Shown here: piece by piece, positions 1 through 11,680 of the stretch
How the letters are laid out: every line of letters begins with the position of its first letter
How positions within the stretch are numbered: position 1 is the first letter of the stretch
NCBI GenBank assembly: GCA_002269645.1
Contig: NIVC01004003.1
Coordinates: 1,379 to 65,378, forward strand
DNA: 64,000 nucleotides
Origin: Macrostomum lignano
Taxonomy: Eukaryota
Reading direction: 5' to 3'
Translations under genes and position numbers: made by a program
Notes under the pieces: model-generated
Seen by the model: the letters and a program-made list of their open reading frames with translations, nothing else
Databases searched by the model: none
Told to the model about the DNA's origin: nothing

Positions 1-757
1 AACAGGTGGTTGTTGAAGTCTTCGGACCGCAGGTCGGCCGCCATGATGACGTCACGGAATATGTTAGTGAAAATGCCGCCAGTTGAACCACTTCGCTCCG
101 ACCCCAGACCCTCGGAAGTGCTGTAGATGTACAGGCAGTCTTCCAGACATTGCACCCGAGTTCGCGGCGCCACAGGCCCACCCACTACTCGGCAAGCTTG
201 GACAATAAAAATCTTCGGCTTGCCACGGAGGCCGGGACACTCGCGCACCTGACTGAACAAAGACTCCAGTTCGATTCTGTGGCCGTCTGTACTGAATATG
301 CAGCCGTTATGGCCGTGGCTCATGACGCACAATACAAAAACATCATGCTGCTGGTATTGTGTCACAGGCCTGTTTATAGCGGGCAGGTAGTGCGTAAAGA
401 AGTGACTTGTCAGGTTGCAGTGAATTTCTACTTCCAGTCCCAACCTCTCGAACGCCTGTGTCAGCCCCGTCTCGTGGCTATCGTTCATTGCTCCATGCCT
501 TCGAGTTAGACTCGCAGTGTTGAAGTTAACATTGTTTATTATAATTGCAATGCCTCTTGTGGGTCTGTCCATGGAGTATCGATTGGGAGGCAGCGGCATT
601 GGCGGTGCGTTGGCGGTAGCGATGGAGGAACGACGGAAGGAGCAGCCGCCGCAGTAGCTTCGCTCCACGGAGCCCCGTTCTCATCTCCAGCCTCAGCAGT
701 GCTCCTCTGGCACTTGTAGCCAATGTTCTAGCGTCGCTTTGGTAACTGTTTGGCATA
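1..757 (-). CDS. Caspase (peptidase C14) catalytic-domain exon, runs off the left edge
   Basis: Manual translation from 599 downward: MPLPPNRYSMDRPTRGIAIIINNVNF...RRHGAMND...VLCVMSHGHNG (His 315-317)...LRGKPKIFIVQACR (Cys 192-194)...DCLYIYSTSEGLGSERSGSTGGIF, with no stop down to base 1. Acceptor TTTTAG at 758-763. The Pro/Ala-rich linker at 600-757 needs about 2 frameshifts to join the domain. Confidence 0.93.
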
Positions 758-1256
758 CTAAAATAAATGTTTTTTTGCATTTATGCTCCAAAATTAATTA
801 GGATTAATTTTCAAATTCGTGAACAATTCTACTAGCTTATTGCTCTGAAATCTTTTATTACGAGCGTACACGTAAATGGGTTCGGGGGCTTACGTTTATT
901 GATGACAGTGGCTACTAAATTGTATCACATTGTCCACTACTAGCGTAGAGACGCTACTGTTCAAATAACTGGTCTTTGCCAGGGGCTTACATGCTTACGA
1001 AGCGGGTTGTACAAAGCGTGAAGTGAAAGAAGTTCCTAATAGTATGAGCGAGTTAGGTAATACTGACCCTATTTATGAAAATTTTCGAATGTCCTTATGA
1101 CAAAAATCACTTAAGTTCGATCTTCTTTCTGCGTAAATCGACTCGAATAATTACATGGCTCGACTTAATGGACTCTTGCAGCCTACGCTCGTAAAAAATT
1201 ACAGTCTAAAATATCCGTGACGCAGTTAAGTTTCCTGGAAGAATTGTTGCATTTAC

Positions 1257-1533
1257 CTCTGTTGGATGAGATCGCAGCAGTCCTGAAATTTATTGAACTT
1301 GGCCCATTCCAACGCTGTCATCTTGTACTCCCCTCGATGAGTCCACTCAAGCTCCGGAACTCGACTCAATTCCTTGATCACTTCCAGGTAATTTCCCCTA
1401 GCGGCCCAAATTAGAGGCGTGTTGTCGCAGAAGTCTTTGGTGTTTGCCTCGGCTCCGATATCGATCAGATGGCCACACAGTTTTGCGACCCCCGCTTGGC
1501 GGCGTGCGCTAGGGCGGTAAGCTTGCACCGGTC
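1257..1533 (-). CDS. Ankyrin-repeat exon (about 3 repeats), one frameshift near 1475
   Basis: Acceptor CTAATAG|GAC gives DRCKLTALAHAAKRGSQNCVAI(L)IDIGAEANTKDFCDNTPLIWAARGNYLEVIKEL...MTALEWAK; donor AG|GTAAAT at 1256 is phase 2 and matches the acceptor at 757. Confidence 0.85.
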
Positions 1534-1623
1534 CTATTAGTAATTTGAGGCGAGGACGCAATAGGCGAGATGGGCCTGGACGCAACTTAAATCATAGTTA
1601 TGTAAGCATCAATAAGTTCTTAC

Positions 1624-2936
1624 CACTTTCTTTACATCGGCTCCCATGCTATGCAGCAACTTCACCGTATCTGGATGGTTATTCGCGGCCGCGTGCATCA
1701 GAGGCGTCGAAAGAGAGTTGTCTGGCTTGTTGACTTCTTCGACCACGTTAAGATGCTTTATATGTGACTTGTTTGTAAAAATTTTAAGTAACTTATTGTT
1801 CCCTTGAGTGCTGGCCATGCAAATCGGCGTCTGTCCAAGTGAATTTTTAGCCCGAATTGAGGCGCCAGCTTTCAATAATTTAACAGCCAGTTCGGGGTCT
1901 GCATCGCTTTTTGCCAATAGCATGAGAGGAGTCTCGTTAGTGCCCGGCTCCACTTCTCATTCAGAACTTTGTCCGGCTCTTCCGCATCGAACAAGCGCTC
2001 GATTTCCTCAGCGGAAATAGATTGCTGTCGTTTAGGAGTACTCGTTTCTTGTTCCGACTCTAGATCGGACTCATCAATTCTGCTTGCCCTTTTTTCTCTT
2101 TCCGAACGAATTTGTTGCAGCGTTAAAGCAAAATTGGATTCTCCTTCTACTCTTTCAGGGTGAATTGAAGATGCTGCACGGATAAGCGGAGTAGTGATAA
2201 AGCATTGCTCTTGTTTTTTCTTCGGATTAATTGACGACACTGGACGATTAGTGAGAGAGTCTTTGTCTGCTTCTTCAGTGTGAGCTGAGGTCGGTGCACC
2301 AATATCACAAAATTCTCTGTCTGATCCTTCAGTGTCAGCAGAAGTCGGCGCACCAATGTCACGAGATTCTTCATCTAATTCTTCAGTGTGAACTGCACTG
2401 TGTGAAGGAAGCAGTTGTCGTTCATTTCCTGATTCTTTAATTGTCTTAAACCGAAAAATCTGTGTTTTCTTCCAAAATCGCTTTCGGGCGGTGTGAAGGA
2501 CCTTGAGGACGAATGCGCTTCTTTATTTTTTCCGTCTCATATTTTAAACTAGTAGCTTCAGAGGATTCAGACTTTCGCAGAATATCTTCCTCATGGACCC
2601 TTCAAGACGTCTTTTAGGAGGCTGCGTCTTCTGGAGTTGCACCATTGAGTACTCAAGGGCTTTGGCTGGAGCTGAGGCAGTAACGATGCTTGTTAAAGAG
2701 TGTCTTGCTTGACTTGCTCTAAAATATTGTGTTTTAGAAGCATGTTTGTTTAATATAATAAATGCCGGAAATTTTACTTTAGTAACGGTTTGACTATATG
2801 AATAACAACGTTTGCGCTGATCGTGAATCATTGGTTCTTCCAGTTGGGTTTCTTTCTCGAATGTTGTAATTCAAAAGCAACATTCAGAGTGTGAATTATT
2901 CAGACTTTGTTAAAAAGTGGTTTCTGTACTAGTTCT
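1624..2936 (-). CDS. Exon with long acidic/low-complexity linker followed by about 3 ankyrin repeats; frameshifted
   Basis: ETPLMLLAK...GASIRAKNSLGQTPICMA...DNSLSTPLMHAAANNHPDTVKLLHSMGADVKKV, donor GTG|GTAAGA at 1623; upstream linker readable in pieces (ORFs 2544-2831, 1872-2240). The 5' boundary (acceptor CTACAG at 2937) is tentative. Confidence 0.7.
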
Positions 2937-3003
2937 CTGTAGCAATTATAGTCTATAGTACTGTTTGATATTTGTTTTTATGCAGGTGACTGCCTGTGGC
3001 CAG

Positions 3004-3170
3004 GATTTTTTATGGGAATGTCTGTGACACGGATGGTCTATGGGAATGTCTGTGACACGGATGGTCTACGGGAATGTCTGTGACACGGATGGTCTATGGG
3101 ACTGTCTGTGACACGGATGGTCTACGGGAATGTCTGTGGCAAGGATGGTCTATGGGACTGTCTGTGACAA
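3004..3170. repeat. 28-bp minisatellite, about 6 copies (GGATGGTCTATGGGAATGTCTGTGACAC)
   Basis: Direct tandem copies visible. Confidence 0.9.
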
Positions 3171-3692
3171 CGTTTGGTTGCCGGTACAGTCACAGTATTT
3201 CTCAGCCTAATAAGTTTTAAATCGGTAAATGACCTTCATGGGTTTTCCGTGCCGTACGCTCGTACGATTCAAGAAAACAATAAAGTAGCTATAGAAAAAG
3301 TAAGCAACTACAGTAGCTAGCTAGTTTCGAGCCTTACCCAGCCACTTCGAAATACGATCTCCCTTCATATCTAAAATGGAGGAAAATAATGCACAAAGTT
3401 AAGAGTAAGAATAAAGTGCATCGATTATCGAAAACAAAAAATAATACTTAATATCTTCAAAAAGTCCTAAGATTTAATTAACAATTCAGATCATTTAAAG
3501 TGCTTTAAAGTCATAAATTGTACAGCCTAGTCCTAAGTTAACCTATTAAAAATGTTTGCTAATGGTACCCTCCAAAACGTATGTTTAGATGTTGGCCGAC
3601 TTCAAATGATCTAGTTTTACTTTAGTAAAACTGCTGCAATCAAGCAACGAAGCTTTAATGAATAATTTTTGATTCCCAAAAATAACTCTCAC

Positions 3693-4157
3693 TGCGAAAG
3701 AAGCTTGACAAGACTGTTCTTTCCGTGCTCAACAGCGAATTTCAGGGCCGTAGAGCTGCTATTGCTCTCAATCGTCCAGTCCGCACCTGCATCCAGAAGC
3801 AGATCAGCAATTGTTACTGACTCGCTGTCCGAGAGTTCTGAGCTGGTTGCCACGCGCATTAAAGCGGTAACGCCGTCTTCAGTTCGCTCGTTCACGTTTA
3901 CTCCTGCGTCAATGAGCGCTTTTATGACTTCTTCGTTGCAAGCAGCTGCTGCCAGCTACGTCGGCACAAGTTGGGTCAGCTTTGCTCATCAGAAGGCGCA
4001 GTAGGGATTCATTGCTCTGGTTATCCTGGACGCACTGCCACAGAATCGTCCTCCCGTGTATATCTGGTAAGTCGCAGTTGCCAATCGTCAATTTTTGTTG
4101 CAGTGCCGATACGTTGTTGGATTGGAAAAGCCGCATAAGCTGGTTTCGAACTTCTCC
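3693..4157 (-). CDS. Ankyrin-repeat exon (about 4 repeats), frameshift near 3945
   Basis: DIHGRTILWQCV...KADPTCADVAGSSCL / ACNEEVIKALIDAGVNVNERTEDGVTALMRVA...LLDAGADWTIESNSSSTALKFAVEHGKNSLVKLL; acceptor CCATAG at 4158, donor CA|GTGAGA at 3692. Confidence 0.8.
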
Positions 4158-4274
4158 CTATGGTTTCATATGAGTTATGTATTGCAAACATAGCATTAAT
4201 AAATGGTCCAAAATAGAGTCTTTTTAGCTAAACTATGAAAAAAACTGGGCAATGAATGCTTTTGGAAAGTGGCG

Positions 4275-4655
4275 TAGAAACTTTTGGTGGGTGCCAATGT
4301 CTCTTGGTGGGCACCCCTCTCTCTTTTGGTGGGTGCCACTGTCTCTTGGTGGGTACCACTGTCTCTTGGTGGGCGCCACTGTCTCCTGGTGGGCACCCCT
4401 CTCTATTTTGGTGGGTGTTACTGTCTCTTGGTGGGCGCCCCTCTCTCTTTTGGTGGGTGCCACTGTCTCTTGATGGGTACCACTGTCTCTTGGTGGGTGC
4501 GACTGTCTCTTGGTGGGCGCCCCTCTCGCTTTTGGTGGGTGCCACTGTCTCTTGATGGGTACCACTGTCTCTTGGTGGGTACCACTGTCTCTTGGTGGGT
4601 ACCACTGTCTCTTGGTGGGTGCGACTGTCTCTTGGTGGGTACCCTTCTCTCTTTT
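4275..4655. repeat. 20-22-bp minisatellite (ACCACTGTCTCTTGGTGGGT), intronic
   Basis: Tandem copies; explains the overlapping spurious ORFs at 4196-4757. Confidence 0.9.
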
Positions 4656-4944
4656 GGTGGGCGCCCACTATTCCTGTCTCTTAGGCCAGTTGCTGCAATG
4701 CTCAAAAGATGGCAAAAGTTAAGCTCCTGTCATTGGTCGAGGTCGGTTACTTTTTAAATTAGTTTTTGGAGAAGTATAACTTTTTGTAGAGTGATTGGAG
4801 GAGCCACTTGGGGGAGGGGCCTCCCCACCATGGACTTCGCTGTGCGTACGCCATTGCGTAGAGTTTGAAGACTCAAACTTGAATTTTAATTTATTCTTTT
4901 TATCTATGTTATCTATTTATTTACGTAACTTTTGTCTGTTTCAG

Positions 4945-5111
4945 GCTAAATGCACCAACCATTGCACAATGAAAAAATCCTATATAGTTAGAGCAGAAGT
5001 TAAGAGATTCACCAATTCATTGCTTATGCAAACGGTTTTAGTAAGCGGGCAGTTCCTCGCCCAAGACACAGTTGCTTGCCATTCACTGGAACGAAATCGT
5101 ATGAAGCAGTT
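4945..5111 (-). pseudogene. Degenerate third SH3-like segment
   Basis: A 64-nt GT-AG intron (5112-5175) joins the ankyrin exon in phase 2 to TASYDFVPVNGKQLCLGRG (ALYDF...EL...G-like); an NGWC motif lies downstream in the same frame but after stops. Confidence 0.5.
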
Positions 5112-5175
5112 CTAAGACTCGCTAAATCGCTTTAATATTTGCTAGACTATTGAAAAATAATTACTCGTAACTTAC

Positions 5176-5687
5176 ATTTCTATTAGATTTCCAATTTCCT
5201 CATTCCCGTTTTCCTTTGCAATATCGAACGCAGTTAAACCGTTTCGATCATTATTTGCAACAAAACCTTTCATTTTATAGTACCTTTGCTGCCGAAACAG
5301 GTGCAGCAGATGCTTCGCGCACTTCCAGTTGCCCAGCCTTGCGGCTTCCATTAGAGGCGTGCGTCCCTGGTCATTTTGCTGCCACTTCCAGTCAAATGGC
5401 ACAGCGGTTACGTGAGTCAGCGCGGTGAGAAATCGAAGGTTGTCACTTTGGGTTGCCAGATGTGCTGCTGTGTTCCCCTTTGCATCTATGGAATACGGGC
5501 AGCATCCTAGGTGTACTAGATAATGTATACACTTAGCGGTCCCTGGGCTGCTGTTTTTTGATTCGGCTGCTAGCATCAATACGTTGCGGCCTTGATCACC
5601 ATGCATCATCATCAGCTCCCTGCTAGCTAGTTGGCGAACTCTTTCGAAATCGCCTTGGATTACGTGTTCAGACAATACAGTCATGAC
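5176..5687 (-). CDS. Ankyrin-repeat exon (about 4 repeats)
   Basis: DQGRNVLMLAAES...DAKGNTAAHLAT...DQGRTPLMEAARLG...DRNGLTAFDIAKENG; acceptor TTGCAG|GTC at 5688, donor AT|GTAAGT at 5175. Confidence 0.9.
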
Positions 5688-6149
5688 CTGCAATTGAAAG
5701 TTGTTTCGAGTATTCTAAAAGCATTTCTTGATTTTATGAGTTTTTACAATGCATGCTTATTATTGCTAAAAACTTTTTGCCATGAAACAAAACTAGACTT
5801 TGGGTGCAATCACAACTTCAATTATTTGAGCTGCTCGTCTGGGCGCCCCAGCTAAATAGCTGTAATCTTCAACCATGCATTGAATTTAGTAGTAGGATAC
5901 TATATCTCAAAATATCGGGATAGATTGTTCAAATTCTAAGGCAGTCAAGTTTAATTTATTGGCATTTGAAAGCTCTAAGGGACTGCAACAATTAGGCGGG
6001 CAGTTGCCACAATGAGACCATTGCCTCACCAGCTGCAGTGTGACGATATGCCAACGAAGGCTTTGTATCAGGGTTGTCCTCCAAGACCCTGTAATACAAT
6101 GCTACTGTTGATGCTATAAGTAACAGTTGCCAAAATGTGTATGATTTAC

Positions 6150-6692
6150 CTTTTTTAATGGCCAAACGTAGTCGCTACAAAAGTAACTTGCCCGTTGACC
6201 ATCGACCTCGCCAATCCACCAGTGACAAGAATCTACATTGTCGGTATGCCTGTAAAGTATCCATACAATCTGTCCCACAGTAAGGGTAAGCTCGTCATCA
6301 TTTGTGGGAGAGTATGAGCCAATCACAACGGCCAAATCATCATCGCGCTCAAAGTAAAACATTTCAATTGGTTGTGTGTGTCTATTTCCATTGCAGTAGA
6401 ACGAGCAACCCGGATGTTGCAAGCTCAGATCAGTAATGAGCGCTTCAGCGCCAGCTCTCAACTGTTTGAAGTTACGGAGCAAGCGAGCTCGGATGCATCG
6501 CTCGAGACAGTTGCTCGAGAACAAGCCCGTCTCAAGCGTCGACTCATTGCGACCTTTGATGTATTCTGTGTCAAACTTAGGCAACTCTGTGGATACGACA
6601 AGGTCTCCTGGACGCAAACTTTGGACTTCGCCATCTTCAGAAGCTGGATGGCTGCGCTTTGCTACGTAAGTGTAGCACTTAGTGTTACTCAT
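6150..6692 (-). CDS. Tandem SH3-SH3 exon
   Basis: YVAKRSHPASEDGEVQSLRPGDLV...YIKGRNESTLETGLFSSNCLE and VIGSYSPTNDDELTLTVGQIVWIL...HWWIGEVDGQRASYFCSDYV; acceptor TTTTTAG just before ATG 6692; donor AAG|GTAAAT at 6149 is phase 0 and matches the acceptor at 5687 (unspliced, it stops at 6114). Confidence 0.88.
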
Positions 6693-8917
6693 GCTAAAAA
6701 AATTAAAAATAGTGGTTAAAGTCCTTTTTTTAGCAAAGCGCATTATCAAATCTAGATTCGGAAAAGACGGCACCCACAAGACTGTGGCGCGCAAAACTAA
6801 TTCCCTAACACAATGGCTAACAGATGGAAAAGGTGGAAAGTCAAAAAATAACCCCAAGAAAAATTTGGAAAATTACTACAATTGTCGAGACGAAGGGCAG
6901 TGAAGAGCCATTGGATAAGCATGGCAAAGGTTGATAGATGCAAAGTGATCTGCTCACAACGTCACGATCGCACGTAGATGTTTGATAAGAGAGTTGATAG
7001 AATTCTAATCAGAAATCCTATTATGAGTTTTTAAATGTCTAAATGCTTGAATTGGAGCAGTAGCATTGAAACTAAATTAAAGGGAATTAATTAACAAAAA
7101 GTGAATAGTTATGCAAGACACTAAATAACTAAATATATTATAATATCATTAATAAATCAGACCAAGTAGAAGCATTTATATTGCTTAAAGTTGCATACAA
7201 CTGCCAAAGTACTTTTATCATATGATATAAATGATAATTAGAAAAATGAAAAATGAACTGAAAATATTAAGCGTTGACTTTGGAACTAAAATATTTGTAA
7301 AAATATACATAAGTTTATTTAGCTAACATGTTCACTTTGAATAAATAGCTTAAAACGCAGACAAAGCAGAATATTATATTTTTAAAGGCTTATACCACTA
7401 GTGAAATAATTATCACATTTATTAGTAACAGTTTTTATTGCGGAAATACATATAAAAACAAGTTTTTAGTGCTGCTATATGCTAAATCACCATCCTACAT
7501 GCATATTACAACTGTGGATACTGTCCATAAAATCAGATACGTAAAGCTAGAATATTTGTTCGTAATGATATTTCACAAACATCGTACTGTAACCTACCAT
7601 TACACTAGCACAAATATAAATCTAATACAGACTGCACTTATAACTTTTTATAGCATATAAATTTTATAATCCTAATTATTCGTGATGTCCGACAGATCTT
7701 TGGAACTGAGGATTTGACTGGCAGATCCTTCCTTGATGTAATTTTATTTGAATCCGCGCTTAGCATACTGATACTATAGAAACGGAAAAAACTTCAGCGA
7801 ATTAAAAAACCTACGGTTTCGTGTTAACCAGTTATAACAAGAAAAATTACTGGTATTAAGATTAAAGTGAAGTTAACTTTGCTGTCTTTTATAAACAAAT
7901 TAAACGACAGTACAAACTTTTAGTCATACATATTAATTTCTTATATTTCTCTCAAAAATGTAAATTAAAGTACACATTTGTTCCGTGACGCAAAAAATAA
8001 GTGTCTATAAGATCTTTGCAAACAGATTCACAGTTGTAATTTTCACAGTCAATGCTTGAAAAAACTCATTCTAAGGCTTTGAATCTTACTTTAATAAGAT
8101 GAAAAGTGTACACTACGAGTTCAAATTCCTAAACGTAACACGCAAATGTACGGCTGTAACTCCATCTAGTCAAGTTTCGCCAAAAATTTTCTCTGCTAAT
8201 TTATTCTCGGCGGTGAAGCATTTTGCCGCTAATTCGGCGACGAGACCGTTATACCCCACAATTGCGTATTTGTATTTTTGTACACATCGAAAGCTCGAAA
8301 ATTAATACGTACAGGTATGTACTCGCTTATGAATTGATAGCTACATGTACGGGAGTAATTATAGCCGAACCATCTGCAGTAACTGAGACGGAGGCCGTGT
8401 TTGCTGTGTAGCCGAAACTCTTACTCTCGACGCGCTGGGCCCACATCTATATATTTATGAGCGCAGAGCTTGACTAGAATCTGTAGCCAATCAGACCGGC
8501 CGGGCGTACACGTTGCATGGGCTAGCATACCGTTCGTACGCACACTACATCTCTCCCCCTTCGAATAGAGACTGCGAGACAAAAAAATCGATTTAAACGT
8601 AACTCGAAAATACAAAACTCGAAACTGCGATCATGCGCATTGAAAACGGATTTTAAAATATTGAGTGTTGCGTGTTTGAATGTATTGGGAGTATTCGCGC
8701 TTGGGGAGACTGTGGGCGCAGCCACACACCCTTTACAAGTATATTTGAGTTTGTCCATAGACAATAATTTATGCATGAATAAGAAACTAAAGCGGCTGGC
8801 TGCCACATTGAGGAAATAAAATACTTGAATCGATTTCAGCAGCGAAAATGCTTAAAAAAACTTTAGTCCGCATATTTCAGGAAAGAGTCAGTTTATGTCA
8901 GTCACTGGATTCAAAAT

Positions 8918-10120
8918 TCAGTCCTTGTAGATTTTCAAGCCGCCCCGAGCATCGCGGGGTGCGGGCGCAGTGCCACCGGGGAGGCGGGTGGGTCTCGGTT
9001 GGCCTCGCCTGGAGCTCTCGGTGCAGCGGTTTGCGGCTGGGCGACGGCGTCGGCCAAGTCGGGGCTGACGACCTTGACCGCCGTTCAGTGCCGCCAGCAG
9101 GTTGAGCCATCGCGGCGTAGCAGCAGCGAGATGCCGCTGGACCGTCCAGGCACCGCTTTCGAACGGCGTCTGCGTCTTGCTGGCACCGACCCGCCGTCGT
9201 AGCACCGTGTCGTCGACCTGGACGCCGTGCCGCCGTGGTCGCCTTTTTACGTCCGCGTGCTGCTTCATGGCCTCTTTAGCGCCGGCGTCCGCGTCTCTCA
9301 GCCGCTGCTCATTGATGCGGACCCGCTGGGACGGCCGGGCGGTGGGAATGACGTCGTTTGGCCGCCGGCCCATCAGCAGCTCGGCTGGTGCGCGCCCGGT
9401 AGCCGTGTGCGGCGTGTTCCTGTAGGCCAGCAGCCACTCATCCAGAGCAGCTCTCCAGTCCCGCCGCTCCTCGTTGGCTGCGAGTACAAATTTGTTGATG
9501 GAGCGGTTCAGCCGCTCCGTCATGCCGTTGGCCGCTGGGTAGTAGGGCGTGATGAGGCGGTGCTTGATCCCGTAGCTCGCCAAGAACCGGCCGAGCTCCT
9601 TGGACGAGAAGGGCGGTCCATTGTCTGTCACGAGCTCCTGCGGGATCCCGAAGCGAGCGAACATCTCTCGTAGGCGGGGAATCAGTGCCTCAGTCGTCGT
9701 CGTCTGCATGAGCTGCACCTCCGGGAACCTCGAGTAGCGGTCCACGCACACCAGCAGCATGTTGTTGTTGATGGGTCCCACGAAGTCGGCGCCGATCGAC
9801 AGCCAGGCGCCCGCGGGGATCGGCGTCGGCTGCTAAGGCGTGGCCCTGACGGCTGGTGTGTGTGTCGTGACGGCGCAGCTGCGGCATCGACTGACGAACT
9901 CCTCCGCTTGAGTTGCCATCCTCGGCCACCAGACCTTGGTGGCGAGCCTCGCGATCGTCGTCTGCGAGCACTGGTGCCCTTGGTGCGCCAGTTCGAGCAT
10001 CTGCTGCCGCAGATCAGCTGGCACGACGATTCGCTGGTGCCGAAGGAGGACCCCGTCACCGCAGACAGCTCCTCTCGCAGCGCATGGAGCGAACGTATCT
10101 CGGCGTTGGAGCAATCCCAC
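8918..10120 (-). pseudogene. Gypsy integrase
   Basis: HHCC zinc finger (AHQGH...CRSC), then VCVDRYSRFPEV, VTDNGPPFSS and TPYYPAANGMTERLNR; split by a stop near 9836. Confidence 0.9.
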
Positions 10121-10249
10121 CGGTCGCCTTGAGTCGCCGCTATCGCCACCCGGATGACTGGGTCGCTGGCAGAGCTCTTGCGGTTGTCCTCGAGCGTCAG
10201 CGCCATCGGCACAGCCGCCTGCGTCACCTCGTTGATGTAGGTCTCCCTC

Positions 10250-11640
10250 CGCTTGTCGCCAAAACTTCCGCCATGCGCGCTTATGGGTTGCCTGCTGAGT
10301 ACGTCTGCAGCATTGGAGGCTCCCGGCTGGTACTCGACCTTAGGTGCTGGATCCTCAGCATCATTCGCTCGACTCGTGGAGGCGGCCGCGACCCAGGCGC
10401 GAACATGGCCGTCAGCGGCTTGTGATCGGAGACCACTGTGAACTTGGGCGATTCATGCAGGTAGTACTCGAACTTCAGGCAGCCGAACTTCACGGCCAGT
10501 GCCAGTATCGCCGCTCGACGTCGGATAGGGCTCGGCTGGCGTATACGACCGGCCTCGAGCTGCCGTCGCGCTGTACCTGCGCCAGGATGGCGCCCAGTCC
10601 GGTCGGCCCCGCGTCCACGATCAGCTGCGTGCACAGCCGCTTGTCGTAGAAAGCCAGCGTTGTCGGCTCCGCGATGCTGCGCTTCAGCTGCTCAAAGGTG
10701 CTGGCTTGGTCGGCGCCCTACTGCCAGTCGACGCCCTTCCTGGTCAGACGCCGCAGCGGTTCCACCACCTTGGCTAGCTGTGGCGTGAACACGGCGAGGT
10801 AGTTTACGAGGCCTAGGAATGAGCGAAGCTGTCAAATCGTCTCGGGCTCCTTGAAGTCTTGAACGGCGGCGACCTTGCTTTCGCTGGCCTGGACTCCTTC
10901 CGCCGTGAGCCGCAATCCCATGAACTCGATGCTGCTGCGCGCCAGTCGGCACCTCCGAGCGTTCAGCGTGATGCCGTGCTACGCCAGGCGGGCCAGACAT
11001 GCCTCGAGGCTGCTGTTGTGCTCCGCCATCGTGCAGTCGAACACGACCACGTCGTCGTGGATCCATTTGACGTTGGGCAGGCCTGCCAGCACTCGACTCA
11101 TCACATTCTGCAGGATCTCCTGGGAGGTGGACAGGCCCATGCACAGCCGGGTGAGACGGCGAAGTCCGCGAGGCGTCGAGAATGTTAGCAGCTTGCGGCA
11201 TTTCTCGGCCACAGGCACCTGGTAGAACGCCTTCGCGATGTCCAGCTCCGAGAACACGGTGCTGCCGGCCATGTCCCCGGTCACCTCCTCGAAAGTCGGA
11301 ATCTGGTGCCGCTCGCGGATGACGTAGCGGTTTACATCGCGGAGGTCCTGTGTGATGCGCACCTCGCCAAGCTCTTTCTTGGGCACGACGACCATCCGAG
11401 CAACCCACGGCGCTGGACCCGAATGATCCCGAGCTGCTCTAGAAGCTGCAGTTCCTTGTCCACCGCGCCTGCCAGGTGGATCGGCACCTTCGAAGGTGCG
11501 TGGCAGACCGGGCGGGCGCTGTCGGTGAGGTGGATGTCGACAGGCGGCCCGGTGAAGCAGCCGACGCCGCTGAACACGCTGGCATACTTGCGCAGCACCC
11601 CGCCGATGTCCTCTACGTGTTCTTGAGGTACTCCCCTGGA
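10250..11640 (-). pseudogene. Gypsy reverse transcriptase and RNase H
   Basis: VVVPKKELGEVRITQDLR, FSELDIAKAFYQ, KWIHDDVVVF, FTVVSDHKPL...RVERMMLRIQ; multiple stops and frameshifts. Confidence 0.88.
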
Positions 11641-11680
11641 TCTCGTGCCGCTGAGGAGGGTGTCGACCGCCGCCTCCGCT

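Noticed and set aside
5680-6700. Trans-spliced operon of separate SH3 and ankyrin genes
   Set aside because: Acceptors do sit just before ATGs, but a phase-matched cis donor at 6149 explains the 5688 site more simply; not excluded without cDNA.
11040-11075. Reverse transcriptase motif WIHDD in place of YxDD
   Set aside because: Non-Tyr variants are common in invertebrate Gypsy lineages and this copy is degenerate.
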